From the NCBI GenBank assembly GCA_035221665.1, contig CM069140.1, positions 52,142,001 to 52,206,000 of the forward strand: DNA of 64,000 nt, read 5' to 3'. The notes beneath the pieces are model-generated. The model was not told where the DNA came from. It was given only the letters and a program-made list of their open reading frames with translations, and made no database searches. Of the stretch, positions 62,490-64,000 are shown piece by piece (the first letter of the stretch is position 1; every line of letters begins with the position of its first letter). Made by a program: the position numbers and the translations under genes. The stretch is from Okamejei kenojei. Its lineage: Eukaryota.

Positions 62490-63582
62490 TGGACTGTTAT
62501 TGTTCATGTTTGAGGTATTGTAGATAGCTTATGAGCTTGTCCAAGGCTACAGAAGGACATAGATCAGGTGGAAAGTTGGACAGAGCATTGATACATGCCG
62601 AGCAGTGCAGTAATGCATTTTGAGAAGTGAATTAGGGGCAGGACAAATAGAATAAATAATAGGGCAATAAGGAATATTGATGAACAGAGACTTAGCGGCC
62701 CAAATCCATAGTTCCCTGGAAGTGGCAACCCGGGTAGATAGGGTAGTGACGACAGCATATGCCATGTTTGCCTTTATCGATCAGTGCACAGAATTATAAA
62801 AGTTATGTTGCAACTTTATAAAACACTGGTCAATCTACCCTTGGAATATTGAGTCCAGTTCTGGTTGCCATCCTATAGGAACAATGTAATTGTGCTGGAG
62901 GGAGTGCAAAGGAAGTTCACAAGATGTTGCTTGGATTGGAGGGCTTTTGGTGGGCTTTTGTAAAGAAGAGAGATTGGAGAGGCTGGGCTTATTTGCCTTG
63001 GATAGAAGTAAACAGGCGATCTGATATAAATAAATTAGGTTATGAGAGGCATAGATGGAATAAATAGGCAACATCTTTGTCCCTTTTATCAAAAACAAGA
63101 GAGCGTAGGTTTAAAGTGAGAGAAAGGAGCTTTAAAGGGAAAATGACGTTTTTTTTTGTTGCAAAGAGTGGTTGGTATCTGGAGTGTACACAAAAAGCTG
63201 GAGAAACTCAGCGGGTGCAGCAGCATCTAAGGAGCGAAGGAGATAGGCGACGTTTCGGGTTGAGACCCTTCTTCAGACCCTTTATCTCCTTCGCTCCTTA
63301 GATGCTGCAGCACCCGCTGAGTTTCTCCAGCTTTTTGTGTACCCTCGATTCTCCAGCATCTGCAGTTCCTTCTTTAAAAAAAAAAGGTTGGTATCTGGAA
63401 CTTGCTGCCAGAGGAGATAGTGAATCTGATTACAATTGCAATGCTTAGCAGGCTCTTAGACAGACATTTCAATAGGCAATGCATAGAAGGACATGGCCTT
63501 AATGCAGACAAAATGGTGTAGATCGGCAAAACGGTCAGCATTGTTATGGTCGACCAAGGGGCCTCTTCCTGTGCTGTATGAC
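62490..63582 (+). mobile_element. Degraded CR1 3' ~900 bp, interrupted by a fold-back element
   Basis: Remnants of EQRDL..VH.SL.VA..VD.VV, YKTLV..LEY.VQFW.P, ERLERLGLF.L and a CR1 3' hairpin. Confidence 0.75.
63170..63399. mobile_element. Fold-back Penelope-type repeat (subfamily B) with 14-bp TSD and intact hammerhead-like core on the - strand
   Basis: ggttggtatctgga at 63170-63183 and 63386-63399. About 59-bp inverted arms (63187-63245 / 63283-63341, one mismatch). Core at 63249-63276 on the minus strand. Confidence 0.88.
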
Positions 63583-64000
63583 TTTATGATATTGATTTGG
63601 CCGTTCAAAGTCTATGGATTGTTTTAGCAATGATTTCTTTTTTATTTTATTATTGCCAGAAACTTCCTCAAAGTATCTAAAAAGTTGTTGGTATACATTT
63701 AGTATTTTTTTCCAATGAGAATAAGGTGCTAATAATTGTAAGCTGATATCCAAACAGAAAATGCTGATAGAAGGTAGTTGATCAGTCAATAACTGTAAAA
63801 TATGAGGACACTCAACATTTTAGTACAACTGATTTTTCTGTTCTGAATAAAAAACAATCAATTATCCTGTCCTCTTCATCATTTACATGTTACACTCCAA
63901 TGATTTACAAAAATCCAAGGTTAGCTATCACATGTGTGATCTGAAGACACTTCATTGAGTAGCCAGTTTAAAGTTTTTCTGTGATCAGTAGTATTGTTAA

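Noticed and set aside
50926-64000. PLPP3 exon 5 (expected YLQARFTWRGARLLRP...SRxxxxxH)
   Set aside because: I found no such sequence by eye or in the ORF track. It is probably downstream of the window, although a manual scan could miss it.

Overview
This window is AT-rich, repeat-dense vertebrate genomic DNA. The repeat repertoire (HE1/V-SINE-like SINEs, HER1/CR1 LINEs, Penelope-like elements, Rex1, Tc1) points to a cartilaginous fish, probably a skate or ray (inference). The whole window appears to lie inside one + strand gene, PLPP3 (LPP3/PPAP2B). Exon 2 (26292-26449), exon 3 (48976-49256) and exon 4 (50868-50925) are visible. I found neither exon 1 nor exons 5-6, so they are probably outside the window. 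Two things stand out. (1) An intact second copy of exon 2 (24857-25011), absent from the ORF track, has the phase signature of a mutually exclusive exon and resembles the LPP1a-specific exon of the paralogue PLPP1. (2) About 25 short, often TSD-flanked and often fold-back copies of a Penelope-like terminal repeat carry a minimal hammerhead-ribozyme-like core. One copy is physically linked to a GIY-YIG endonuclease fragment. In another, the inversion supplies a long stem I. Most ORF-track ORFs are spurious or transposon debris. Exon and TSD coordinates were read base by base, while repeat boundaries are approximate. Protein comparisons rely on recalled sequences, not database searches.
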